A stretch of 64,000 bases of DNA, taken from NCBI GenBank assembly GCA_003137075.1, contig PLES01000052.1, forward strand, positions 10,017-74,016, in the 5' to 3' direction. Below are positions 1 through 9,673 of the stretch, one piece after another. The position numbers and the translations under genes are program-made. Numbering within the stretch: the first letter of the stretch is position 1; every line of letters starts with the position of its first letter. Below the pieces are notes generated by a model, which was not told the origin of the DNA, ran no database searches, and saw only the letters and a program-made list of their open reading frames with translations. The DNA comes from Solirubrobacterales bacterium. Its GTDB lineage: Bacteria; Actinomycetota; Thermoleophilia; Solirubrobacterales; Solirubrobacteraceae.

Positions 1-692
1 AACAGGACCACAGCGACGGCAACAAAACCGTAGCCGTTCGTCATGTCGTCGAACCAGCTGTCGACGTATCCGATTGATAGCTCCGCGCCGCCGACTCCGG
101 CGAGGCCGGCTCCGAAGCTGACGGCCAGGATCTGGATCACGTCGGGTCTGCGACCGGCTACCGAAACGACTGCCGGACGCTCACCTGTCGCCCGCACCAC
201 GAGGCCGGCGCGAGTCCGATGCAGGAACCACCAGACGCCTGGGACCAGCAGGTAGCTGATGTACACCAGAGGGTCGTGGTCGAAGAGGATGTTCCCGATC
301 CAAGGGATCGATCCGAGCCCCGGGATCTTCCAGATCGGCAGCGGGTTGGCGCTCTCACTCACGAATGAGGCGCCTAGCACTGCCGTGAGTCCGACCGCGA
401 GAAACCACATGACCAGGCCGCTGGCGAGCTGGTCGGCGCGGCGGCGCACGACAAGGTAGGCGTGGGCGAGGCCGATCAGGCTGCCACCGGCGGCGCCGGC
501 GAGAACGCCGAGCAGCGGCGAGCCGGTCGATGCTGTAACCGCGTAGGCGGCGAGTGCGCCGGCCAGCATGCAGCCTTCGGTGCCGAGGTTGACGATGCCC
601 GAGCGCTGACCGATCAGCTCTCCGAGCGCGGGATAGAGGATCACGGTGCCGCTCTCGACACCTGTTGCGAGTGCTTGTTCGATGCCGTTCAT
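1..692 (-). CDS. ABC transporter permease (CUT2/BMP-type), 3' end outside the window
   Basis: Manual reverse translation from ATG (complement of cat at 690-692) gives MNGIEQALATGVESGTVILYPALGELIGQRSGIVNLGTEG..., a polytopic hydrophobic protein. It lies directly downstream of a paralogous permease and an ABC ATPase. Confidence 0.8.
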   Translation of the reverse strand, partial: MNGIEQALATGVESGTVILYPALGELIGQRSGIVNLGTEGCMLAGALAAYAVTASTGSPLLGVLAGAAGGSLIGLAHAYLVVRRRADQLASGLVMWFLAVGLTAVLGASFVSESANPLPIWKIPGLGSIPWIGNILFDHDPLVYISYLLVPGVWWFLHRTRAGLVVRATGERPAVVSVAGRRPDVIQILAVSFGAGLAGVGGAELSIGYVDSWFDDMTNGYGFVAVAVVL

Positions 693-759
693 CGGCGTGT
701 CTCCTTGAGGAATGGCATTGGCGGCACGTCGTCAACGGCGGCCCTTAGGTGGTGGGCCA

Positions 760-1857
760 CTAGACGATCTCCTTGCGACGGCGCGACAGCCAAAGCGGTG
801 CTGCTACAAGCAGTGCCAGCAGCACGTCAACGACGCTGCCGTCGAGGCCGTAGTTGAGTTCAAGGCCGCTGTTGCCGATCGCGATCGCGCTGAACAGCAG
901 CGCCGTGAGCACGACCTTAAAGGGCTGGTGGCGACCGAGGAACGCTGCGAGGAAGCCGATGTATCCGTAGGTCGCGGTGCCGCCTGGCAGCAGTTGGTTC
1001 TGCGAACCGGCGAGGTTGAGCATGCCGCCGAGCCCGGCGAGCGCGCCCCCTACGAGCATCGAGCTGACCATCACCTTGGTCACCGGCAATCCGGCCCGGC
1101 GCGCTGCCTCTTGGTTACCACCGACCACCCGCAGGGCGAAACCCCAGCCGGTGTGGGCGAGCAGGGCCCAGATCACAATGGCGACGACGAGCGCGATGAT
1201 GATCGCGAGGTTGATCTGGCTGCCGAGGACGTTCGGCAGCAGGTCACGGCCCGGCAGCGGGCTGCTCTCGGGCTGGCCGCCGCCGCTCGGATCCCGCCAC
1301 GGCTGGTAGATCAGATAGAGCACCAGGTCGTTGGCGATGAAGTTCAAGAGCAGCGTCGTGACCGCCTCGTTGGCACCGAGCTGGGTTCGCAGGAGCGCTG
1401 GGACCCCGGCCCAGATCGCGCCGGCAACCATGCCGCCGAGGGCCATCACGATCCAGCCGAGCGGCCCGGGGAGCCCTCCTACGACGTAGACGCCGAGTCC
1501 GCTGGCGGCCACGGCGCCGACGATCAGCTGCCCCTCACCGCCGACGTTGACGAGACCCGCACGGGCCGGCACCGATACCGCGAGGGCCGCAAGGCCGATC
1601 GCGACCGATCGCGTCAGGACCTCCACCACCGACCCGTCTCCGAGCAGGGCGTCGTGGATCATCGAGCTGTAAACGCCGGTTGGGCTCGCGTGCTTGATCG
1701 CCACGACGGCGCCGAAGAGGCACAGGCAGACGACGTAACTCAGCACGACAATCGCGAAACGGGTCCACTCGATGCTGGCCAATGCGGCCTGCAGGCGCGG
1801 GGTCGCAGGTGCTTCGACGCCGCGCTGCGGCGTCGTCGGCTGCTTGGTGGCTGTCAT
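760..1857 (-). CDS. ABC transporter permease (CUT2/BMP-type)
   Basis: 365 aa ORF with multiple TM helices and the motif [15 protein letters not shown] typical of ribose/nucleoside-type permeases. It overlaps the stop of the upstream ATPase by 4 nt. Confidence 0.85.
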   Translation of the reverse strand: MTATKQPTTPQRGVEAPATPRLQAALASIEWTRFAIVVLSYVVCLCLFGAVVAIKHASPTGVYSSMIHDALLGDGSVVEVLTRSVAIGLAALAVSVPARAGLVNVGGEGQLIVGAVAASGLGVYVVGGLPGPLGWIVMALGGMVAGAIWAGVPALLRTQLGANEAVTTLLLNFIANDLVLYLIYQPWRDPSGGGQPESSPLPGRDLLPNVLGSQINLAIIIALVVAIVIWALLAHTGWGFALRVVGGNQEAARRAGLPVTKVMVSSMLVGGALAGLGGMLNLAGSQNQLLPGGTATYGYIGFLAAFLGRHQPFKVVLTALLFSAIAIGNSGLELNYGLDGSVVDVLLALLVAAPLWLSRRRKEIV

Positions 1858-3419
1858 GCCGCCACCTGTTCGTGTGCCTGAGCGGTCATCAGGTGGCCGA
1901 GCGTGCGACGGTCGGTGCTGTGCGCATCGACGATTCCCGTGCAGTGCCCGTGCGAGAGCACGGCGATGCGGTCGCAGAGCGCAAGCAGCTCGTCGAGGTC
2001 CTCGGAGATCAGTACCACTGCGCTGCCCGCCTCGCGCGCAGCCAGAAGTAGGGCTCGGGTCGCTTCGGTTGTCCGCACATCGAGACCGCGGGTCGGGTAG
2101 GAGACAACCAGGACCGCGGTCGGCTCCGCCAAGGCCAGCGCAAGCAGCACCCGCTGGATGTTGCCGCCCGAGAGCAGCGAGAGCTGACGGGTTGGCGCCG
2201 CCACATCGAGCCGTGCGCGATCGGCATCGGCCTGAAGCTGTTTGGCTGCCGCACGCACATCGAAGTGCAGCGCGCGGTTACCGGCCATAGCCGTCCAGAG
2301 GGCTGCGTGCTCCGCCACGGTCAAACCTGGGACAACGAACTCGCGTACGGGATCACCGACGACACTGACCACGCCGGCCTTGCGGAAGGCACGCGGATCG
2401 GCGTCGCTCATCACCTTCGCTCCGATCCTGACCTGCCCGCCATCAGGTGCGACAAAGCCGGCGATCAGATCACCAAGCTCGCGCTGACCGTTGCCTGCGA
2501 CACCGGCGATGCCGAGCAGCTCGCCCGGCTGCACGGAGAGCGAGACACCGCGTAGACCTGAACCCTCGCCGATCCCCGCGAGGCTTACGTCATCGAGCGC
2601 CAGCGCGGGCGGAGCGTCGCTCTCGACCCGCTCCGCGTTGACGACGCGCTGCACATCCTCGCCGACCATCGCCCGCACCAGCTCGTCGTCCGTAAGTGAC
2701 TTGGCCGGCTCGTCACGGAGCACCACCTTGCCGGCGCGCAGGACCGTGACCCGGTCCGCGATAGCGCGGATGTCGCGCATCTTGTGGGTGATGATCACGA
2801 TCCCCGCGCCCTGCTCACGCAGGCGGGCAAGCACGACGAAGAGGTCGTCTGCCTCCTGCGGCGTCAGCACGCTTGTGGGCTCGTCGAGGATCAGGACTCT
2901 GGCGCCGGCGAGCAGCACCTTGAGCAGCTCGACGCGCTGGCACTCGCCGATCGAAAGGTCGCGGACGCTGGCGCTGGGATGCACCGCCAGCCCGTATCGC
3001 TCGGAAGCCTCCGCCACCTTCTGCTGGATCTCCTTGGGCTTCAGGATCTGGGGCGTATCGCGCAGGTGCAGAGCAACGTTCTCCCAGACCGTGAGTGCGG
3101 GAACCAGCCGCAGGTCCTGGAAGACCATGCCGAGGCCGAGGTCGCGAGCGACCTGGGGTGAGCTGATCGTGACGGCGGCCCCGTCCATCGAGATCGTGCC
3201 GCCGTCTGGCCGGTAGACGCCGTAGAGCATCTTGACGAGCGTTGATTTGCCGGCGCCGTTCTCACCGAGCAGTGCGTGGACTTCACCCGGGTGGATCGCG
3301 AAGCGGACGTCATCATTCGCGCGCAGTGATCCAAAGACCTTGGTGAGCCCCTCGACCTTGAGCAGCGGCTCGATACGGTCGGCCGGCAGGCTCGGGGCGG
3401 GCGCTACAACAGCGCTCAT
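1854..3419 (-). CDS. ABC transporter ATP-binding protein with duplicated ATPase domains
   Basis: 521 aa. Walker [10 protein letters not shown], signature [12 protein letters not shown], Walker B LILDEPTS, and a second degenerate cassette ([18 protein letters not shown]). This is the typical sugar/nucleoside CUT2 ATPase layout. Confidence 0.9.
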   Translation of the reverse strand: MSAVVAPAPSLPADRIEPLLKVEGLTKVFGSLRANDDVRFAIHPGEVHALLGENGAGKSTLVKMLYGVYRPDGGTISMDGAAVTISSPQVARDLGLGMVFQDLRLVPALTVWENVALHLRDTPQILKPKEIQQKVAEASERYGLAVHPSASVRDLSIGECQRVELLKVLLAGARVLILDEPTSVLTPQEADDLFVVLARLREQGAGIVIITHKMRDIRAIADRVTVLRAGKVVLRDEPAKSLTDDELVRAMVGEDVQRVVNAERVESDAPPALALDDVSLAGIGEGSGLRGVSLSVQPGELLGIAGVAGNGQRELGDLIAGFVAPDGGQVRIGAKVMSDADPRAFRKAGVVSVVGDPVREFVVPGLTVAEHAALWTAMAGNRALHFDVRAAAKQLQADADRARLDVAAPTRQLSLLSGGNIQRVLLALALAEPTAVLVVSYPTRGLDVRTTEATRALLLAAREAGSAVVLISEDLDELLALCDRIAVLSHGHCTGIVDAHSTDRRTLGHLMTAQAHEQVAA

Positions 3420-3451
3420 GCGGTCCTCCGCGAACCATTTCGAACGCTGCA

Positions 3452-3607
3452 GTTGTACACAATTGACGCCATGCCTGAGAAAGGTACGGGCCTATTGAGG
3501 GGTGGCCAATGTACATAGGGCCACACATGCCCCGTGATTGCTGGCCCTGGGGCGAGGCTGGCGAGCCAACCACCCGTGAGTACTAGACGGCGATTGTGTA
3601 CAATTGG
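3452..3607. promoter_or_regulatory. Divergent promoter region with three TGTACA-core palindromic sites (candidate GntR operators)
   Basis: gTTGTACACAATTGa (3452-3466), ATGTACAT (3509-3516) and ATTGTGTACAATTGg (3593-3607). The first and third are inverted copies of each other. The region sits between the ABC operon and the GntR gene and is locally AT-richer. Confidence 0.4.
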
Positions 3608-3679
3608 TTAGGAGATGAGCCTGCCAAAGACTCCGGCGGCCCATCAGACCAGCGGCGGCGGGGTTAGGATCGTCCTCAG

Positions 3680-4411
3680 ATGTCCGATCCGGAACCAGAC
3701 GAGGTCGCCTCAGCAGGCGAGCGGCGTGAGCGGCGGCGGTTCGCCGCCGAGGTCGTTTACACGGAACTGCGCGGGCAGATCCTCGGCGGCCTGGTTCAGG
3801 CCGGGCAGCGACTTGTCGAAGAGCGGCTGGCTGAGGAGTTCAGCACGAGCCGAACTCCTGTACGCGAGGCGCTGAGACGGCTCGAAGGCGACGGGTACCT
3901 TGTGCGCGGCATCGGTGGCAGCCTTCAGCCCGCGCTGCCCGACGTCGACTCGATGAGCGATTCGTACGACGTGCGCATGGTCATCGAGGAGTTATCGGTG
4001 CGGCGCGCAACAGTTGCCGGCGATCGCTCAGCGCTCAGCGCGATCCGTGAGGACTGGGTGGCGCTGAGCGTCGCCCTGAGCCGCGACGGCTTTCGCATCC
4101 CCGGTCCGGACTTCGTCTACACCGACGAGCGGTTCCATCAGGCGATCGCCGCCGCAACCGGCAACCAGGTCCTGACCCGGATGCTGAGCGAACTCAACGA
4201 CCGCATCCGCACGCTGCGCATCCAGGACTTCACCACGCCGGACCGGGTCGAGGCGACGATCGCCGAGCACCTCGAGATCATCGATACGGTGCTGCTCGGC
4301 GATGCCGATGCCGCGGCGACCTTTATGCGCGCGCACGTCCAGCGCAGCGCCCTGATCGTGCGTGAACGCGCAACGGCGGCTCGCAGCCGCATGGCCGGCG
4401 CCGGGGAGTAA
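3680..4411 (+). CDS. GntR-family transcriptional regulator (FadR/FCD-type C-terminal domain)
   Basis: 243 aa. N-terminal winged HTH (LVEERLAEEFSTSRTPVREALRRLEGDGYL) followed by an all-helical ligand domain with conserved His residues (FHQAIAAATGN, EHLEIID). Confidence 0.85.
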   Translation: MSDPEPDEVASAGERRERRRFAAEVVYTELRGQILGGLVQAGQRLVEERLAEEFSTSRTPVREALRRLEGDGYLVRGIGGSLQPALPDVDSMSDSYDVRMVIEELSVRRATVAGDRSALSAIREDWVALSVALSRDGFRIPGPDFVYTDERFHQAIAAATGNQVLTRMLSELNDRIRTLRIQDFTTPDRVEATIAEHLEIIDTVLLGDADAAATFMRAHVQRSALIVRERATAARSRMAGAGE

Positions 4412-4471
4412 CCACTACGGCCGCACGGCCGCGCCACTGATCGGGGTGCCCGGCCCACTCTAGTTTGGGAC

Positions 4472-5080
4472 CTAACGCCCGGCGGCCTGCAAGAGCGCGT
4501 CGGGTTCAACGCTGACAGTCGTGATCTGGCCGTTGTGAAACTCCCAGTGCGGCAGTTCTTCCAGGGCAATTCCCTGCAGAAACCCCCGCGCGGCTCGCAA
4601 TGCGCCGCCGTGTGACACCAGTACCAGCTCACCAGCGGGCGGTGGCGCCAGCAGCAACGTACGCAGGAAATCGCTGAGCCGGACGTAGACGTCTCGCCGC
4701 GTCTCGCCCCCCTCGAAGCTGAAGTCGGAGTCTGTCCAATGCTCGTCGAGTTGGTCACCGAACTCGAGTGCGAGCTCGGTGTGTGTCCGGCCCTCGGCGA
4801 CGCCATACCGTCGCTCGCGCAGAGCAGGCTCGACCTCGACGTCCAACCCAACGCGAGCGGCGATCGGTCCCGCTGTCTGGCGTGCACGCATGAGATCGCT
4901 GGAGACCACACGCGCGAGCGGCCGGATTGCCAGCTTCGCTGCGGTTGCCCGGGCCTGCGCGAGACCCTTTTGATTCAGTGGGATATCAGCCCAGCCCTGC
5001 AGGCGCGATTCCGCGTTCCAGTCCGTCTCTCCGTGCCGGACCAGGTGAATCGTGAGGCTCTGATTCATTTGCGTGGACAC
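4472..5080 (-). CDS. Histidine phosphatase family protein (phosphoglycerate mutase-like)
   Basis: 202 aa with catalytic RHG motif (LVRHGETDWN) and C-terminal SHGG motif (LVSHGGALRA). Confidence 0.8.
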   Translation of the reverse strand: MSTQMNQSLTIHLVRHGETDWNAESRLQGWADIPLNQKGLAQARATAAKLAIRPLARVVSSDLMRARQTAGPIAARVGLDVEVEPALRERRYGVAEGRTHTELALEFGDQLDEHWTDSDFSFEGGETRRDVYVRLSDFLRTLLLAPPPAGELVLVSHGGALRAARGFLQGIALEELPHWEFHNGQITTVSVEPDALLQAAGR

Positions 5081-5103
5081 CGGAAACTCAAGCGGTAGGC
5101 CGC

Positions 5104-5646
5104 TCAGCCTCTGTGGTCGTGGAGCTCACGCCGCCTGCGGCGCCAGCGGGCCAACGTCGATTCATCCGGCAGCGGACGCTGCCTCAGGTATCTGCCCAAG
5201 GTCGACTCGTCGGGCCAGCGCTCACCAGCGTTCCGTATACCCGAGTAGCGCACGAGGCTCGACTCGTCCGGTCTGACCGCGTGCTCGCTGGGCGGGCGCT
5301 CGTCTAGCGCCGCTCCGAACTCGGGAAGGTTCCTAGGGGTCCGCACCAGTTCCAGGGAGGTGCCGACGGGCGCCCTGGGGATCGACGCGGTCGCGGTGTC
5401 CCCATCCGCACCGGCCAAGGTCGCCTGTGCCACTCGCTGAGCATGGCCCAAGGCGTCATGGACGCGCACGCGGCGGGGGTCCCCGGGCTCCAGACGACGG
5501 TACAGCTCGGCTGTCGCATCAGTCAATTCACCGTATGCGCGAAGGAAGCGATCGATGCTCGCCAGATCGGCCTCAGGCTCGGCGACCGGCTGGGCGGGGA
5601 TGAGCGACTTCCGCTTCTTCTTACCCACGCGACTCCGGATCCTCAA
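5104..5646 (-). CDS. Hypothetical protein with basic N-terminus and three C-terminal PDES(S/T)LxR(Y/W) repeats
   Basis: 180 aa ORF with no recognised catalytic motif. The C-terminus reads RPDESSLVRY...WPDESTLGRY...LPDESTLARW, and the repeats are also visible at DNA level (5150-5290). Confidence 0.45.
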   Translation of the reverse strand: MRIRSRVGKKKRKSLIPAQPVAEPEADLASIDRFLRAYGELTDATAELYRRLEPGDPRRVRVHDALGHAQRVAQATLAGADGDTATASIPRAPVGTSLELVRTPRNLPEFGAALDERPPSEHAVRPDESSLVRYSGIRNAGERWPDESTLGRYLRQRPLPDESTLARWRRRRRELHDHRG

Positions 5647-5812
5647 GTGGGGTCACAAGCAAGCGGAAACGCGCCGGGTCAGTTGCCATAGGCCGGAATA
5701 TAGGGGCCTGCCCGGAGGCACGTTGTCCCGGTCGCCGGTGACGCGCCGGTGAAGGCGAGACCGAACAATGGCGACGTTCCGGGCGCTCGAGCACGTCTCC
5801 CCAGAAAGTAGT

Positions 5813-5836
5813 AAAGCCCGTGTGCACAGGCTTTTT
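5813..5836. terminator. Hairpin with flanking T/A runs just downstream of tRNA-Ile
   Basis: AAAGCCcgTGTGCACAgGGCTTT followed by TT on the plus strand (A-run on the minus strand). The stem is 6 bp plus an inner TGTG/CACA pairing. Confidence 0.4.
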
Positions 5837-5842
5837 CACAAG

Positions 5843-5916
<74 letters not shown>

Positions 5917-6011
5917 GAACGAGCGCCCATATTAGCGAGCCTCCAGCTTACGAGCTGGGCAGCTCAACCCGACGTAGTGAAGACCGCGTGGTGGGTAAGC
6001 GACGGCGGCGG

Positions 6012-6908
6012 CTACTCGCCGCGCACACGTTCGGCGAGCTCGAGTGCGTCATCTAGAGACCCGAAGCTGAGCTGCACGGTGAAACCACTCGAGACGCCCT
6101 TGACCCTGACGTCCGTCTTAAGGGCCTGGCCAAACGCGTCGGCGATCTGCTCGATCGCGGCCTGACGATCCGGGTGGTCACCAGCATCAGGCTGGGCGCC
6201 CGTGCCTTTCGCGCCGGAAGAGTTCGTCGCAGACTTGTCCGCTGCACGAGCGCGCGACTCGAGTTCGCGCACCGACCATCCTGCTGCTGCCGCCTGGCGG
6301 GCGAGCTGGCGTCGAGCCGCGTTGTCGGAGGCGAGCAACAGTGCCCGACCGTGACCCTCCGAGAGCTGGCGATCCTCAAGCAGAGCAAGGGCTTCGTCTG
6401 GTAAGTCCAGCAGCCGGATCAGGTTCGAGACAGTAACCCGGCTGCGGCCGACCCGCAGGCCGACCTCTTCACGCGTCAGGCTGAGCTCGTCGACAAGTGC
6501 GGCGCAGGCGCGGGCCTCTTCCACCGGGTTGAGGTCTTCACGCGCCATATTCTCGATCACGGCGAGTTCAAGCGACGCCGCGTCGTCGTGATGGCGCACG
6601 ATCGCCGGGATCGTCTCCAGCTCCGCGATCTGGGCGGCACGCCAACGACGTTCGCCGGCTATGAGCTCATAGCTTCCGCCTGCGAGTGGCCTGACCAGGA
6701 CTGGCTGAATCATGCCGCGCGCACGAATCGAGTCAGCAAGCGCAACCAGGGCCTCGGCGTCGAACTGGCGCCGCGGCTGGTGCGGGTTGGCAGACAGCAA
6801 CTCCACGGGGATCTGGCGCAACTCCTCCTGCTCATCGCGCGGCGCGGCGGCGAGGATCGCCGCGAGCCCGCGGCCCATGCCCTTGTTCTTCTCAGCCACG
6901 GGCCGCAA
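6012..6908 (-). CDS. parB: Chromosome partitioning protein ParB
   Basis: 298 aa with GLGRGL-like N-terminus (GMGRGLAAIL), ParB box (NPHQPRRQFD, QPVLVRP, YELIAGERRWRAA) and an HTH (SLTREEVGLRVGRSRVTVSNLIRLL). The start could alternatively be the internal Met at 6878. Confidence 0.9.
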   Translation of the reverse strand: MRPVAEKNKGMGRGLAAILAAAPRDEQEELRQIPVELLSANPHQPRRQFDAEALVALADSIRARGMIQPVLVRPLAGGSYELIAGERRWRAAQIAELETIPAIVRHHDDAASLELAVIENMAREDLNPVEEARACAALVDELSLTREEVGLRVGRSRVTVSNLIRLLDLPDEALALLEDRQLSEGHGRALLLASDNAARRQLARQAAAAGWSVRELESRARAADKSATNSSGAKGTGAQPDAGDHPDRQAAIEQIADAFGQALKTDVRVKGVSSGFTVQLSFGSLDDALELAERVRGE

Positions 6909-7650
6909 CCTCCTTCGCGAGTTCGAAGTAGGCGCTCGCCCCCGCGGAGTGCGGATCGTGATGAATTACGGGCTTGCCGTAGCTCGGAGCCTCGCTGATG
7001 CGGACGTTTCGGGGGATCACGGTCTCAAAGACCAGATCAGGGAAGTGGGTGCGGATCTCATGCTGAACATCCTGCGCCAGCCGGGTTCGCGAATCGAACA
7101 TCGTCAGGACCATGCCGGCGATAGTCAGGCGAGGGTTCAACTCTCGCTGAACCAGACTGAGCGTGTCAAGCAGACCCGCGAGCCCTTCGAGCGCAAAGTA
7201 CTCGGCCTGCACCGGCACCAGCACCTTGTCTGCCGCTACCAGAGCGTTGACCGTGAGCGGGCCAAGTGACGGCGGGCAATCGAGCAGCGTGAAGGCGTAA
7301 CGCTCGCGAACCCCGGCCAGGGCGTCCTTCAGTCGCGTCTCCGACCCTGGTATTCGGGGCAATTCGACGTTTGCGCCAGCCAGATCGGGGCTTGCCGGCG
7401 CCACCCAGAGATGCTGTATCGCACTTGGGACGACTATCTGCTCGAGCGTCGCATCGCCGCTGAGCAGGTCATAGACGCTCGGGTCGGCATCCTTCGCCAA
7501 GCCGACGCCAACGGTGGCGTTGCACTGTGGGTCAACGTCAATCAGCAGCGAGTCATAGCCGGCTTCGGCTATGCAGGCAGCGAGGTTGACCGCGGTGGTG
7601 GTCTTTCCGACGCCACCCTTCTGATTCGCAATTGCGTAGATGCTTCCCAT
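6892..7650 (-). CDS. parA: Chromosome partitioning ATPase ParA/Soj
   Basis: Deviant Walker A AIANQKGGVGKTTTAVNLA. The start was trimmed to the Met preceding MGSIYAIANQKGG (cat at 7648-7650), whereas the ORF track extends to 7707. Confidence 0.9.
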   Translation of the reverse strand: MGSIYAIANQKGGVGKTTTAVNLAACIAEAGYDSLLIDVDPQCNATVGVGLAKDADPSVYDLLSGDATLEQIVVPSAIQHLWVAPASPDLAGANVELPRIPGSETRLKDALAGVRERYAFTLLDCPPSLGPLTVNALVAADKVLVPVQAEYFALEGLAGLLDTLSLVQRELNPRLTIAGMVLTMFDSRTRLAQDVQHEIRTHFPDLVFETVIPRNVRISEAPSYGKPVIHHDPHSAGASAYFELAKEVAARG

Positions 7651-7751
7651 CGCTTCGGTACTGAAGCTAGCGACGAGCCCGGCGATCCGCTTTGAGCCTG
7701 CCCGCACTTTGCGGGTTCAATCCGCCGCCGGCGGCGATTGCACGAGGGCAT

Positions 7752-8522
7752 TCAGGGGCGCCCAAGTGGGCGCTTGCGCGCGACACCATCGCGGCGCGGG
7801 AACCGCGCCGGAGTTTCAGTGCGCTTCGCGAAGACATGCAGGTAGCGATGCTCCGCGCCCCGGTAGGGAGTAACTTGCACAGGCGGCTTTACCTGCAAAC
7901 CGAGGATTTCCGCCGCGCGGGCGCCATCTGCCTCCGCTTCCGGTTCGCGCCTGCCGCGCCAGGCAACCAACACTCCACCCAGCACCAGCAGTGGGGCCGC
8001 GTACTCCGCAAGGATGTCGAGCGGAGCCAGCGCGCGCGCCGTGACAACGTCGTTATGGCCGATGCCTGGCCCCCAGGTTTCGGCGCGCCCGTGAACCACC
8101 TCTACGTTCCCTAGCCCGAGTAGCGCTACGGCCCGCGCCATGAACTCGCATTTGCGGTTGTTGGCTTCCACGAGGGCCACCTGCGCATCCGGAAGTACGA
8201 TCGCCAGCGGGATGCCCGGCACGCCGGCTCCCGCCCCGAGGTCGGCCAGAGTTCGTGCCGCGAGCACCTCGGGTAGCTCCAACGCGACCAAGGCGTCGGC
8301 GAGGTGATCGTCCCTCACCTGGGCAGGTGCCCGGACCGTAGTCGGGGCCAACTCGTCATGGACTAGTAACGACCCGAACTGCCGTAGGCGTCGCACCGCT
8401 ACCTCGTCAAGCCCGTAGCGGTCCGCCAAAGATCGCAATGAAGGCCCGAACTCGGGAAGCTGCTCAGGCTCGACGCCAGACGGGCGCTCGGCCACAGGCT
8501 GCTCAGAGAACTCGTCACTCAT
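7752..8522 (-). CDS. rsmG: 16S rRNA (guanine527-N7)-methyltransferase RsmG/GidB
   Basis: SAM-binding motif LADLGAGAGVPGIPLAI, plus VALVEANNRKCEFM and VTARALAPL. The start was trimmed to MSDEFSEQ, because the upstream ORF extension overlaps the neighbouring gene. Confidence 0.85.
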   Translation of the reverse strand: MSDEFSEQPVAERPSGVEPEQLPEFGPSLRSLADRYGLDEVAVRRLRQFGSLLVHDELAPTTVRAPAQVRDDHLADALVALELPEVLAARTLADLGAGAGVPGIPLAIVLPDAQVALVEANNRKCEFMARAVALLGLGNVEVVHGRAETWGPGIGHNDVVTARALAPLDILAEYAAPLLVLGGVLVAWRGRREPEAEADGARAAEILGLQVKPPVQVTPYRGAEHRYLHVFAKRTETPARFPRRDGVARKRPLGRP

Positions 8523-8532
8523 AGGCCGAGTA

Positions 8533-8937
8533 TCAGCGATCGTCCGCGGAGTCGGCCGTCTCAGCGACCGCCGCCAGTCGCGAACGCTCCCGTGCGATGA
8601 AGCCCGCGTAGCGCTCAACCATCTCTTGAAAGCGCTCGCTCGCGTGACCATCCAGGTCCGGGGCCAGGCGGGCTTCCAGCAGAGGCAGGACATCCTCAAT
8701 CAGGGCCGCGCCACGCGCCATCCATTGGTAGTAGGAGCGCCCACTGTGGTGATACGGGCCATAGAGCTTGGTTCGCGGGAAGCGCTGCATAAGCCAGCGA
8801 AACAGGGCCTCGTGGCGAACGTGCATGCGTAAGGTGATCTGCGGCTGCTTGCCGTCCCCACCGAAAGATCCCTCGCCGATCAACAGGCCCACGGCGATTC
8901 CCTTGTCAAACTCGCTCAGCTCTTGCGGGGTTTCCAT
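8533..8937 (-). CDS. Free-standing single-motif LAGLIDADG-like protein (putative homing-endonuclease fold)
   Basis: 134 aa. FDKGIAVGLLIGEGSFGGDGKQPQITLRMHV matches the LAGLIDADG helix plus beta-strand pattern (compare I-CreI LAGFVDGDGSI). Downstream it has the same alternation of strands and helices (ALFRWLMQRF, LIEDVLPLLEARL). The stop lies 10 nt upstream of the rsmG start. Confidence 0.6.
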   Translation of the reverse strand: METPQELSEFDKGIAVGLLIGEGSFGGDGKQPQITLRMHVRHEALFRWLMQRFPRTKLYGPYHHSGRSYYQWMARGAALIEDVLPLLEARLAPDLDGHASERFQEMVERYAGFIARERSRLAAVAETADSADDR

Positions 8938-9197
8938 GGGGAGAGTGTTTCACGTTTTTCTCTACGGTGTAACAGGCGGGGGCGGCGGGCGTCGCTCGTG
9001 GCCACACATGGCGCGAAAAGCCGCCACGTCCGCCGCTCCCCAGCAAACCCGTCGAGTCACAGGGGTCGCTAGTGCTGGATCAGTCGCGCCGTGACGGCCG
9101 CCGCGGAGCAACTCGCTCGACCCGCCGGGGCCTTTCACCTCTCCACAACCCTTGCGGTTGCGGACGCGGCGGTCTTCACGGCGCGGCGCTACTAGAG

Positions 9198-9668
9198 CTA
9201 ATCGACCAGCGGGGCGACGACGAGGTGACGTGAGGGTTCTTGGCCCTCGGAGTACGTCTCAACGTCGAAGCGGCTCTTGAGGTGCTCGTGCACGACCTTG
9301 CGCTCCTGCGCACCCATGACGTCCAGCGGCACCGGGCGCTTCTCCCGCACGGCCGTCTCCGCCGCCTGGTCGGCCACGGCGTATAGCGCCTCTGCTCTGC
9401 GCGCCCGGTAACCGGCGGCATCGACGGCCAGCGGCCGCCGCGCGTCCAGCCCGTGAAAGGCGATCCGGTGCGTCAAATGCTGAATCGCGTCGATCGTTGC
9501 GCCGTGGTGACCGATCAGCAGCGCCAAGTCCTCGCCGACGTACGTGGCGGTGATCGCCTCACCGTTGTCCTCGACCTCGACCGTCGCCTCGATCCCAATG
9601 CCCTCGGCAATCGAGTCGAGGATCTCCTCGATGTACTCGATCGTCTCTGCGTCTTCGGCGGAGCTCAC
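9198..9668 (-). CDS. jag: Jag/KhpB-type RNA-binding protein (KH + R3H domains)
   Basis: 156 aa. KH GxxG motif (LLIGHHGATIDAIQHL) and R3H motif (ERKVVHEHL). It occupies the conserved position downstream of yidC. Confidence 0.8.
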   Translation of the reverse strand: MSSAEDAETIEYIEEILDSIAEGIGIEATVEVEDNGEAITATYVGEDLALLIGHHGATIDAIQHLTHRIAFHGLDARRPLAVDAAGYRARRAEALYAVADQAAETAVREKRPVPLDVMGAQERKVVHEHLKSRFDVETYSEGQEPSRHLVVAPLVD

Positions 9669-9673
9669 GAAAA

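Noticed and set aside
712-1881. Long ORFs antisense to or overlapping recognised genes (for example 712-1881 +, 11651-12766 -, 16816-17889 -, 18683-20422 -, 43658-44278 -, 55259-56167 -, 57567-58712 -).
   Set aside because: Their translations are Arg/Pro/Gly/Ala-rich with no motifs, and each lies opposite a clearly conserved protein. Such shadow ORFs are expected in 65-70% GC DNA, where stop codons are rare.
8946-8961. parS-like sequences: TGTTTCACGTttttct (8946-8961) and ccTTTCACGTGAActg inside dnaA (12910-12925).
   Set aside because: The first matches only the left half of TGTTTCACGTGAAACA. The second has 5 mismatches and simply encodes HLSRELT. Neither meets the usual tolerance of 2 or fewer mismatches, so they are mentioned only as context.
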